This document shows, one piece after another, positions 29,210 to 37,658 of a stretch of 64,000 nt of DNA. Both the position numbers and the translations under genes were made by a program. This stretch comes from an uncultured Thermoanaerobaculia bacterium. GTDB lineage: Bacteria; Acidobacteriota; Thermoanaerobaculia; Thermoanaerobaculales; Sulfomarinibacteraceae. Each line of letters begins with the position of its first letter. The first letter of the stretch is position 1. The stretch lies in contig CAYRFI010000010.1 of assembly GCA_964423595.1 (NCBI GenBank), positions 738 through 64,737 on the forward strand, read 5' to 3'. Below the pieces are notes generated by a model that worked only from the letters and a program-made list of their open reading frames with translations, did not search any database and had not been told where the DNA came from.

Positions 29210-29374
29210 CCCGCACACCTCACCAGGTTTCGTCGCGAGGGCGGTGAGGCACCGTGCCCGGTGGGGTTCCCGACCTGAGGGGACAGTTACGTGGAGCACT
29301 CCGAGGCGAGAAGACACCGCCGGGTGCGGTGCATCGGCGCCCGCGGCAAAAAAGCTGGTGAGATCTGCGGGCTA
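29207..29374 (-). repeat. foldback intergenic repeat, complete copy E (168 bp, inverted relative to A, tip hairpin absent)
   Basis: The reverse complement aligns end to end with copy A, apart from the missing ~18-nt tip. Termini are TGACCCGCACACCTCACC ... GGTGAGATCTGCGGGCTA. It fills the whole gap between two convergent genes. Confidence 0.9.
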
Positions 29375-30367
29375 GCACCGACACCAGCGTGCGGCGCGTT
29401 GGAAGAGCTCCGTCGGCCGTCGCGAGGAGGTCCAGGTGCCGGTCAGCGGTCCGTTGCCGGGAGGGCCGGGGAAGCCTTGAACTGCGAGTCGATGGGCGTC
29501 GAGCCACAGGCGCTGCGACTCGTCGTCGGGATCGTAGGGGCGCGTGCCGCCGCCGGAAAGGGGATCGCCGAGGATCGGCAGGCCCGCGTGGGCGAGCTGG
29601 ACGCGAATCTGATGCTTGCGGCCGGTGAACGGGCGAACTCGGACGAGGACAAGACCATCTTCGACCGCCATCACCTGGACCTCACAGCGCGAGTTGGCCG
29701 GCAGCCCCGGCCGTACCTCCTGACGCCAGTACTTGTTCGGGCTGCGGGCGATGTGATGGGCGAGAGTAAAGCGCGGCGGTGGCGGATCCCGCCGCAGCTC
29801 GCAGACCGCCGTGTAATCCTTCTCGACCATCGAACACGGCTGGAAGAGGCGCGCGAAGTGCGAGCGCGTTGCCGGGTCGAGGGACAGCAGCAACACCCCC
29901 GACGTCAACCGGTCGAGGCGGTGAAGCGGCGCGATACGGTCATTGCCGGTGGCTTCGAGGAGAAGGTGAAGGAGACAGTGGCGAACCCAGCGCCCGCCGG
30001 GTGTGACCGGGAGGTTGGGTGGCTTGTCCACCACCATCAGGTGCCGATCCGACCACACCACCCGGATGTCCGTGCGCACCGGCGGCTCCCGCTCGACTTC
30101 ACGCCGGTAGTGCACCTCGAGAAGCGGTTGGTAGGGCGTCCAGGCATCGATCACCGAGTCGGTCGTCCACACCTTGCCGGCCGCGAAGCGTTCCACCCAG
30201 GTCGCGCGTGGGATCCTCGGGAAACGGCGGAGAAAGAAATCGAAGATCGTCTGCACCTCCCGCGGTGGCCGCTCGGGCAGCTTGACGGTGGAGGCGCGGG
30301 TCGCCGGCGCCTCCGGGGTTCTCCCCACAAGGGCCTCGCTCGGATGGGGATCGCCGTCATCTGCCAT
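29372..30367 (-). CDS. RluA-family pseudouridine synthase
   Basis: Catalytic motif HRLDRLTSGVLLL. Start placed at ATG 30367 (MADDGDP...); the track's 30445 start runs into a repeat terminus. The stop TAG is the terminal CTA of repeat copy E. Confidence 0.85.
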   Translation of the reverse strand: MADDGDPHPSEALVGRTPEAPATRASTVKLPERPPREVQTIFDFFLRRFPRIPRATWVERFAAGKVWTTDSVIDAWTPYQPLLEVHYRREVEREPPVRTDIRVVWSDRHLMVVDKPPNLPVTPGGRWVRHCLLHLLLEATGNDRIAPLHRLDRLTSGVLLLSLDPATRSHFARLFQPCSMVEKDYTAVCELRRDPPPPRFTLAHHIARSPNKYWRQEVRPGLPANSRCEVQVMAVEDGLVLVRVRPFTGRKHQIRVQLAHAGLPILGDPLSGGGTRPYDPDDESQRLWLDAHRLAVQGFPGPPGNGPLTGTWTSSRRPTELFQRAARWCRC

Positions 30368-30426
30368 GTCACCAACATAGCATCCGCCACCAGAGCCGCC
30401 TACGTGCTGGAGCCGCAGGTCCGCAG

Positions 30427-30453
30427 TCGACACCCGGTGAGACATGCGGGTTA
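30427..30453 (+). repeat. foldback repeat, solo right terminus F
   Basis: TCGACACCCGGTGAGACATGCGGGTTA. It lies 25 nt before the left terminus of copy G. Confidence 0.7.
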
Positions 30454-30478
30454 ATATGGCGGCGGCACGATGAAACCA

Positions 30479-31031
30479 AGCCCGCGTATCTCACCAACTT
30501 TCTGCTGCGGACGCCGATGCACCGCACCCAGCGGTGTTTTCTCGCGTCGGGGTGCTCGACGTACTTCAAGTACGCGCTCCGCGCCCTGCGAGGCTTGGCC
30601 GGGGCCCCCAGCGTCGTCCGTTGCGTGCGCCATGGTTCCGAATTCGAGGCGCCGCGACGACGGCGATGTCCTTCCATCGCCGAGGAGCGGCAACGAAGAA
30701 GACGGGCCATGCCGCCGACAACCCGGCGTTGGAAGCGAGAGGTGGCCGTTGCCGGCAATCGCCGGCGTACGGCTACTCGAGTCCGGGGTCGGGCCACAAG
30801 CCGCGGAGCGGCGCCGTAACCCTTCGGGCCGATGGGGGTCGTGGCCGATCTCTGCGTTGCTTGTCGTCGACGATGCACGGGCATCGACTTCCTCCTTGCG
30901 CCTTGATCTCGGCTCACGAGCCCCATCGGCGGACGGCACTGGGGAACCCGACCAAGCCTCTGGGTCGAAAACCTCACTGGGCACGGCACCTCGCCGCCCT
31001 CGCGACGAAACCCGGTGAGATATGCGGGCTA
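30479..31031 (+). repeat. foldback intergenic repeat, long form G (553 bp)
   Basis: Same termini (AGCCCGCGTATCTCACC ... GGTGAGATATGCGGGCTA) and the same outer arms as copy A. About 390 bp of additional internal sequence is itself an imperfect inverted repeat (for example GGCTTGGCCGGGGCCCCCAGCGTCGTCCG vs the reverse complement of CGGACGGCACTGGGGAACCCGACCAAGCC), centred near TTGCCGGCAA (~30750). Confidence 0.9.
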
Positions 31032-32128
31032 GCAGCGGCGTTGTCGGCACGATCGAGAATCTTCTCGAGAAGGCTCGAATCCCTGGATGCTCGCTCGCGG
31101 TGATCGGCCGAGACGGCCGGCTGTGGTCGCACGGCTTTGGAATCGCGGATGTCGTGAGCAAGCGTCCGACGAACGAGTCGACCGTATACCACCTGTTTTC
31201 AGGCACCAAGCTCTTTACGGCCACGGCGATCCTGCAGCTCGTCGAGGGTGGTCAGCTCGACCTCGGCACTGCGGTCACAGACTATCTGCCCCACCTGCCG
31301 CTGGCGCGCGATATCACCCTTCGCGCCCTGCTGAGCCACGCGTCGGGTCTGAGGGAAACGCTGGGAGGTTTTTTGGCCGTGTACTTCCCAGGTGAAGAAC
31401 CGCCGACCACCGAGCAGGCGCTGGCGGGCTACGATCTCCGATCGCGGGGGTCGGCGAGCGGAAAGGCCCAATACCGCAACGTCAATTACGCAATCCTCGG
31501 TGAGGTTGTCAGTCGGGTGTCCGGAATCCCGTATCGGACGTTCGTACGGCGGCGGATCCTCACGCCCTTGTCGAGCGACGCCGACTTCGACGTGTCGGAT
31601 TTCAAGCAGGATAATCTGGCAACTGGATACATGGCGCGCTGGGATCCGACGCGCGCTCTGCTTCGCTTCCTCGATCCGTTGACCTCGCGGCGCATCTACC
31701 GGGGGTGGACCAAGAACGGATTGGTGGCTCTGGAACACTACAACCTGGTGACCTCGGCGATCGGCGGTCTCGTTGGTTCCGTCTTCTCTTTTGCTCCCTT
31801 TGTCCAGTCCCAGCTGAGCGATGGGAGCCCCCTTCTCTCCCCGGAGACCATGCAGCGCATGCAGGCGTTGGTCGCCACGGGCAGGGCCGGTATCGAGTCA
31901 AGAGTCGGGGTCGGGCTCGGATGGAAGATTGGTCTGGTCGGCGATTGCCGATTCCTGAACCACGAGGGCGGTGGTGCGGGCTTCACGAGCGAGCTGCGGC
32001 TCTACCCGGACGAAGGCCTCGGAATGGTCGTGCTGATGAACAGGTCGTCGATGTCGGGCACGATGCGTGTCGCCCACAAGATTTGTGAAACGATCCGTGG
32101 AAACCGAGAGTCGTTTACTGGACGTTAG
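31022..32128 (+). CDS. serine hydrolase (beta-lactamase/PBP4*-like, class C fold)
   Basis: S-x-x-K motif FSGTKLF, Y-x-N (YRNVNY), and IPGCSLAVIGRDG near the N-terminus. The only in-frame ATG upstream of the conserved N-terminus lies inside the repeat terminus GGTGAGATATGCGGGCTA. Confidence 0.8.
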   Translation: MRASSGVVGTIENLLEKARIPGCSLAVIGRDGRLWSHGFGIADVVSKRPTNESTVYHLFSGTKLFTATAILQLVEGGQLDLGTAVTDYLPHLPLARDITLRALLSHASGLRETLGGFLAVYFPGEEPPTTEQALAGYDLRSRGSASGKAQYRNVNYAILGEVVSRVSGIPYRTFVRRRILTPLSSDADFDVSDFKQDNLATGYMARWDPTRALLRFLDPLTSRRIYRGWTKNGLVALEHYNLVTSAIGGLVGSVFSFAPFVQSQLSDGSPLLSPETMQRMQALVATGRAGIESRVGVGLGWKIGLVGDCRFLNHEGGGAGFTSELRLYPDEGLGMVVLMNRSSMSGTMRVAHKICETIRGNRESFTGR

Positions 32129-32196
32129 GAAGTCCGATCCGCCCGCTGTCGTGAGCCCGAGAACGCGGTAGGATGTCGGGCGATTGGAGGCTGTCC

Positions 32197-35100
32197 ATGA
32201 AACTCACACGTTTCGCTGTGCTCGCCCTGCTCGTGATCACCACGTCACTGGCCATCGCGGCCGACAAAGACAAAGGCAAGGATGATACCTACTGGCTGAC
32301 CGCCGAGACCCTCGAGGGGCTCGAGCTGCGCGGCATCGGGCCCGCGATTTCGTCGGGCCGGGTGTCCGATATCGCGGTCGATCCCACCGACAACTCCCGT
32401 TACTTCGTCACCGTTGCCTCGGGCGGGGTGTGGCGGACCACCAACGCGGGTACGACCTGGGAGCCGGTGTTCGATGGCGAGGGCTCCTACTCGATCGGGT
32501 GCGTCACCATCGACCCGCACAACCCCAATGTCGTCTGGATCGGCACCGGTGAAAACAACTCCCAGCGCTCGGTCTCGTTTGGCGACGGCGTCTACAAAAG
32601 CCTCGACGGCGGGTCGACCTGGAAGAATATGGGCCTCAAAGAGTCCGAGCATATCGGCAACATCGTCATCGACCCGCGCGACTCCGACGTGGTCTGGGTC
32701 GCGGCACAAGGTCCGCTGTGGCGCTCGGGCGGCGACCGCGGCCTCTATCGCACCACCGACGGCGGCAAGAGCTGGGAGCGGGTGCTCCACATCAGTGATG
32801 ACACCGGCATCGCCGAGGTCCATCTCCACCCCGACGATCCCGACACCATCCTGGCCACCGCGTACCAGCGCCGCCGCCACACCTGGACGTTGATCAACGG
32901 TGGTCCCGAGTCCGGGCTCCACATTTCCAACGACGGTGGCAAGAACTGGCGCGAGATCACCACCGGCCTGCCCAAAGTCGACAAGGGGCGAATGGGGCTG
33001 TGCATCTCACCCGCCGACACCGATGTCGTTTACGGCGTGCTCGACGCCGCCCGCGACGAGGGAGGATTCTTCCGCTCCACCAACCGCGGCGAGACCTGGG
33101 AGAAACGCTCGGATCACGCCCCCGGCGGCGACTACTACAACGAGCTGATCTGCGATCCCGAAAACGTCGATCGCGTCTACTCTATGGACACCTGGATGCA
33201 GGTCACAACCGACGGGGGAAAGACCTTTGTCAAGGTCGGCGAGAACTTCAAGCACGTGGACAACCACGCCCTTTGGATCGACCCGGCGGATCCCCGGCAC
33301 CTGATCGCCGGCTGCGATGGCGGGGTCTATGAGACCTTCGACCGTGGCGCCACCTGGGCCTTTGTGCAAAACCTCCCGATCACGCAGTTCTACCGCGTCA
33401 CCGTCGACAACTCCTCGCCCTTCTACTACATCTACGGCGGCACCCAGGACAACGCCTCCCTCGGCGGACCGACCCGATCCCGCAACCCGGGCGGCATCAC
33501 CAACGAAGATTGGTTCGTCACCGTCTTCGGCGACGGCTTCGAGACCGTGGTCGATCCAGACCAACCGAATATCGTCTACAGCCAGTGGCAGTACGGCGGT
33601 CTCGCGCGCTTCGACCGTGCCACCGGTGAGATCGTCGATATCCAACCGCAACCGGCGCCGGGCGAGGACCCCTACCGCTGGAACTGGGACGCACCCGTGA
33701 TCATCAGCCCGCACTCTCCGACGCGACTCTACTTCGCCGCCCAAAAGCTCTTTCGCTCCGACGATCGGGGGAATACCTGGCAAGCGATCTCCAACGACCT
33801 GTCGCGTGGCATCGACCGCAACACGCTGGAGGTCATGGGCAAGGTCTGGGGTCCGGACGCGGTGCACAAGAGCGGTTCGACGTCGATCTACGGCAACGCG
33901 GTGGCGCTGTCCGAGTCGCCGTTGGTGGAAGGACTGATCTATGTCGGCACCGACGACGGCCAGATCCACGTCACTGCCGACGGCGGCGCCACCTGGCACA
34001 CCGAAGGCGACTTCCCCGGTGTGCCCACGTACACCTACGTCTCCGACCTCGAGGCCTCGCAGGGGGACGCGGACACCGTATACGCCACCTTTGACAACCA
34101 CAAACAGGGCGATTTCACGCCCTACGTCCTCAAGAGCACCGATCGCGGCCGCAGCTGGAAATCCATTCGCGGCGATCTGCCCGACCGCGAGATCGCGTGG
34201 AGCCTCGCCCAGGACCGCGTCAATGAAAAGCTCCTCTTCCTCGGTACCGAGTTCGGCCTTTACGTTACGGTCGACGAGGGCGCGCACTGGGTCGCCCTCG
34301 AAGGTGGCCTGCCGACCATCGCCGTCCGCGACCTCGACATCCAGCGGCGCGAGAACGATCTCGCTCTGGCCACCTTCGGCCGAGGGTTCTATATCCTCGA
34401 CGATTACACCCCGTTGCGCGAGATGTCGGCAGAGGATCTTGCCGAGGACGCCGTGCTCTTCCCCGTCAAACAAGCCTGGCGCTACATCGAGACCAGTCGG
34501 CTCGGGCTGCCGACCCTGGACAAGGCGTTCCAGGGCGACAGCTTCTTCACCGCGCCGAATCCGCCCTTCGGGGCCGTCTTCACCTACCACCTGAGGGACG
34601 GGCTCAAGACCCGCCAGGAACGCCGTCTCGAGGCCGAGAAGAAGGCCGACGAAGACGGCACGTCGCTTCCCTATCCGAGCCAGGACGCGCTCCGCGCCGA
34701 AGACGAGGAGCATGACCCGCAGATCGTGCTGACGGTGCGAGACACCGATGGCAACGTGATCCAGAGGGTGCTGGGATGCCGGAAAAAGGGCATCCACCGG
34801 GTCGCCTGGGATCTGCGCTACCCGTCGCCACTGCCCACCGATCCCGACCCGGGACCGCAGCCGCCGTGGGCATCGCCGCGGGTGGGTCCGCTGGTGCTCC
34901 CCGGCACCTACACGGTGACCCTCGATCAGGAGGTGGACGGCGTGGTGACCCGGCTCGCCGGTCCGCAGGAGTTTCAGGTCGTCGATATGGGCGGCGGCAC
35001 GCTGCCCGTGAACGATCCCGATGCCGCTCTCGAGTTCCAGCTCCAGGCCGCCGATCTCCAACGGGCTGTGCTCGGCGCCGTCGAGGTGGCCAAAGAGATC

Positions 35101-35490
35101 GGCAACCGCGTCAAATATCTCCGGCAGGCAATCCTCGACACCCCGAACGCGAGCCCCGACCAGCTTGCCGAGCTCGCCGCCATCGAGGGTGAGCTCAACG
35201 ACCTCCTGGTCGCGCTGCGCGGCGACCGCAGCCGGGCGAAGCGCAACGAGCCCACCGACCCCTCCATCGTGGATCGCGTCGACCGGGTGGTCGAGGGCCA
35301 GCTGAGCACCACCCAGTCGCCGACCACCACCAACCGCGACGGCTATCGCTGGGCGTCGGAGGCCTTCGCCAAGCAGCTCGCGGCACTGCGCGCGCTGGCC
35401 GAAAGACTCACCGCCCTCGAGAAGGCGCTCGAATCCGAAGGCGCTCCGTGGACGCCCGGTCGCATCCCCGAATGGCCAAGGGGGGAATGA
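32197..35490 (+). CDS. BNR/Asp-box repeat protein (VPS10/sortilin-like double propeller), secreted
   Basis: ATG at 32197 gives the signal peptide MKLTRFAVLALLVITTSLAIA. Multiple S-x-D-x-G-x-T-W Asp-boxes (TNAGTTW, SLDGGSTW, TTDGGKSW, SNDGGKNW, TTDGGKTF, FDRGATW, SDDRGNTW, TADGGATW, STDRGRSW, VDEGAHW). Confidence 0.85.
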   Translation: MKLTRFAVLALLVITTSLAIAADKDKGKDDTYWLTAETLEGLELRGIGPAISSGRVSDIAVDPTDNSRYFVTVASGGVWRTTNAGTTWEPVFDGEGSYSIGCVTIDPHNPNVVWIGTGENNSQRSVSFGDGVYKSLDGGSTWKNMGLKESEHIGNIVIDPRDSDVVWVAAQGPLWRSGGDRGLYRTTDGGKSWERVLHISDDTGIAEVHLHPDDPDTILATAYQRRRHTWTLINGGPESGLHISNDGGKNWREITTGLPKVDKGRMGLCISPADTDVVYGVLDAARDEGGFFRSTNRGETWEKRSDHAPGGDYYNELICDPENVDRVYSMDTWMQVTTDGGKTFVKVGENFKHVDNHALWIDPADPRHLIAGCDGGVYETFDRGATWAFVQNLPITQFYRVTVDNSSPFYYIYGGTQDNASLGGPTRSRNPGGITNEDWFVTVFGDGFETVVDPDQPNIVYSQWQYGGLARFDRATGEIVDIQPQPAPGEDPYRWNWDAPVIISPHSPTRLYFAAQKLFRSDDRGNTWQAISNDLSRGIDRNTLEVMGKVWGPDAVHKSGSTSIYGNAVALSESPLVEGLIYVGTDDGQIHVTADGGATWHTEGDFPGVPTYTYVSDLEASQGDADTVYATFDNHKQGDFTPYVLKSTDRGRSWKSIRGDLPDREIAWSLAQDRVNEKLLFLGTEFGLYVTVDEGAHWVALEGGLPTIAVRDLDIQRRENDLALATFGRGFYILDDYTPLREMSAEDLAEDAVLFPVKQAWRYIETSRLGLPTLDKAFQGDSFFTAPNPPFGAVFTYHLRDGLKTRQERRLEAEKKADEDGTSLPYPSQDALRAEDEEHDPQIVLTVRDTDGNVIQRVLGCRKKGIHRVAWDLRYPSPLPTDPDPGPQPPWASPRVGPLVLPGTYTVTLDQEVDGVVTRLAGPQEFQVVDMGGGTLPVNDPDAALEFQLQAADLQRAVLGAVEVAKEIGNRVKYLRQAILDTPNASPDQLAELAAIEGELNDLLVALRGDRSRAKRNEPTDPSIVDRVDRVVEGQLSTTQSPTTTNRDGYRWASEAFAKQLAALRALAERLTALEKALESEGAPWTPGRIPEWPRGE

Positions 35491-35509
35491 CGTCTGAATT
35501 CGAGTTCGC

Positions 35510-35545
35510 GAGGGCGGGGTTGGTCCCCGCCCTCGTTTTCTCTCT
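35510..35545 (+). terminator. Rho-independent terminator downstream of the BNR/VPS10-like gene
   Basis: Stem GAGGGCGGGG / CCCCGCCCTC, loop TTGGT, followed by GTTTTCTCTC. Confidence 0.85.
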
Positions 35546-35676
35546 GTACCAGTCCTCAGGATCGTCGGAACTGCGCCTTGACACCGGCAAAGGAATCACT
35601 TCCCAAGCTCCTCATGCCTGACGCTCAGACTTGGATTTGCGTGGCACCCGCGATGCCATGCTTGACAACGACGCGC

Positions 35677-35707
35677 TGCGGGCCGGGTTGCCAACCCGAC
35701 CCGCAGA
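35677..35707 (-). terminator. strong hairpin downstream of the 6xBON gene (possible terminator, weak U-tract)
   Basis: The minus strand reads CTGCGGGTCGGGTT-GGC-AACCCGGCCCGCAG (14-bp stem with one G:U). It begins ~23 nt after the stop. The tail CGCGTCGTTGTC is only moderately T-rich. Confidence 0.4.
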
Positions 35708-35730
35708 GTCTCCGAGGTGAGTTGAAGAGC

Positions 35731-37254
35731 CTAGGGCAATTCGAAGGTGTCGTCGTACCTGTGTTGCGAATTGTCGCGAATGCCGCCGTCGGCGACGCTT
35801 CGCGTGTACCACTCGTCCCAGGGATAGTCGTAGCCATTGACGGTGAGCCGGTTGTCCAGTTTCCAAATACCCGGAGTCTGAATGACCACGTTTCCGGCCT
35901 CTTTGCGCTGTGACCATTTGTTCACGTCGCCGGTCAGGGTCGCAAGGCCGTCCTTGACTGTAACTCCGATGTCGTCGTGCACCCACCAGGTGGTCCAGTT
36001 CCACGTCAGCCGGCTCTTGATTTCCTTGGTCAGCTCCGCGTCACTCTTCCAGTCTGTCCGGGCGACGGCGATCTCGTTGATGACTTGTCTCACTCCCTTC
36101 ACGCCAGCTGCGAGCTCGCCGGCGTGGAATTTCTGGTACCAGGTATGGACGCGGCCGGAGAGTGTGACGATGCCGTTGATTGCCGTGGCTTGGAGATCGA
36201 ACGCCCCGACGGTGGAGTCAGTATCGAGGTCGAACTGGACGTCGACTTTGATCAGGGAGTCTTCGCGCGCGTCTACCCGTGCGAACAGGTTGTTGGTGAC
36301 CCATCCCACTCCGACGACGTCGCGCGTGTCCATTTCGGCGATTCGCTTCTCATATTGATTGGGAACCGAACCGTCCAGGACCACGTGCCCTCGAGTCACC
36401 CTCGCGGTAATGTCAGAATTGATGAGCCGCCAGTCCTGATCCAGCTCCGCCCGGACAGCATTTCGCAGGTCGGAGTCCGAGAGAGCAGGTATGGTGTCGC
36501 GCACACCTTTATTCTGGATCCAATTCACATTGAGAAGATTGTTGACCCCACGGACGTCGGAGATCCAGCGGACGGCGTCTCCCGCGTGGTCCTTTTCAAA
36601 TGCGTTGCCCACCGTGCCGGTGAGAGTAACGATTCCCTCGTTGACAGAAACCGTGATCGGCAGGCCGCTCGTGTATACGTCCCGCGCGAGGGAAGCTACC
36701 GCGTCGTTCTTGACCTCTTGATCAGTTCGTGTGACGGCCGAAAGGGTCCTCAGGTTGTTGATGACCTCGCTCACGCCACGAACGCCGCCGGCAAGCAGGC
36801 CAGCTTCTTCCCATTCGGACCACGAGTCGACCTCGCCGGAAAGCGTGACGTGTCCGCCAAGAGAGGCGACCGAGATGTTTTCCGAATTGATGACCGCACT
36901 GTTGAGGATGCGTCTGCGCACCACCGACTCGATGTCCGCGTCCGACCGCCAGCCCGACTCCACGGTGATCTGGTTGACAACGCCGAGGACGCCTGTGATC
37001 TTCTTTGCCTCTCGCTCCGCGTATTGCTTCGCAGTGAGGTTGTCCGCGTCACCAGACAGGGTGACGATTCCGTCACTGGTGGTAACCGTGATTCTGGATG
37101 CGTCGACGCGCTCGTCCTGAAGCAGAGCGGATCTGACCCAATAGCTGATGTCGGCGTCGGCGGCCTTGTCGGCGGCGAACGAGGGTACGGCCAGGACCAG
37201 CCCGAGGACGACCGTCCCGATCGCCGCGACGGCGAAACCTCGTTTCGTGTTCAT
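35731..37254 (-). CDS. secreted protein with six tandem BON domains
   Basis: ATG at 37254 follows AAGGAG. Signal peptide MNTKRGFAVAAIGTVVLGLVLAVPSFA. Six ~65-aa repeats each contain the BON core (..V.V..G.VTL.G.V......A......V.GV..V.N.L.V). Confidence 0.9.
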   Translation of the reverse strand: MNTKRGFAVAAIGTVVLGLVLAVPSFAADKAADADISYWVRSALLQDERVDASRITVTTSDGIVTLSGDADNLTAKQYAEREAKKITGVLGVVNQITVESGWRSDADIESVVRRRILNSAVINSENISVASLGGHVTLSGEVDSWSEWEEAGLLAGGVRGVSEVINNLRTLSAVTRTDQEVKNDAVASLARDVYTSGLPITVSVNEGIVTLTGTVGNAFEKDHAGDAVRWISDVRGVNNLLNVNWIQNKGVRDTIPALSDSDLRNAVRAELDQDWRLINSDITARVTRGHVVLDGSVPNQYEKRIAEMDTRDVVGVGWVTNNLFARVDAREDSLIKVDVQFDLDTDSTVGAFDLQATAINGIVTLSGRVHTWYQKFHAGELAAGVKGVRQVINEIAVARTDWKSDAELTKEIKSRLTWNWTTWWVHDDIGVTVKDGLATLTGDVNKWSQRKEAGNVVIQTPGIWKLDNRLTVNGYDYPWDEWYTRSVADGGIRDNSQHRYDDTFELP

Positions 37255-37340
37255 GATGAACTCCTTTCCGTCATCCATGACCCATGTCAGATCCCCGCGT
37301 ACCGGCCCGACGCCGGTCCATCGGGGCGCTGATGGGACTA

Positions 37341-37358
37341 GGCAAGGGCCATGCCAGG
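37341..37358 (-). promoter_or_regulatory. sigma-54 (-24/-12) promoter candidate for the 6xBON gene
   Basis: The minus strand reads CTGGCATGGCCCTTGCC, versus the consensus YTGGCACGrNNNTTGCW. GG-N10-GC spacing is exact. It ends about 87 nt upstream of ATG 37254. Confidence 0.55.
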
Positions 37359-37590
37359 TCGCAGATTCACTGGGCGCGGTGTTTTTCGCTTCCGGCCCCC
37401 CCAAGGCGGTGGCTCGAATCGACCACAATCGGCTGAAATGCTGCACCTCCCGTCGGCCGCGCATCCTATCGTACAGAGCAGGCGCCGCGAACCGGCGATC
37501 GTCGCAGAACCCGGTCGCCATGGGCTCTCCGCGTGTCGTGTCGCATCATCGGCGGAGCTTCGGTCGGCCCCGAGAGCCGGGAGTCGGAAG

Positions 37591-37607
37591 CTGGCACGGT
37601 ATTGGCA
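37591..37607 (+). promoter_or_regulatory. sigma-54 (-24/-12) promoter candidate for htrA
   Basis: CTGGCACGGTATTGGCA. The -24 element is perfect (TGGCACG), the -12 is TGGCA (GC conserved), and GG-N10-GC spacing is exact. About 52 nt upstream of ATG 37659. Confidence 0.55.
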
Positions 37608-37658
37608 AGGAGCGGGAGGTGCCGGCGGTCTTTCACCGTTCGGCACGGAGGTGACACG

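Noticed and set aside
35642-35657. Sigma-54-like motif TGGCACCCGCGATGCC (correct GG-N10-GC spacing) on the plus strand.
   Set aside because: It points into the 3' end of the convergent BON gene, with no plus-strand gene downstream. The -12 region is weaker (ATGCC). It is most likely fortuitous in GC-rich sequence.
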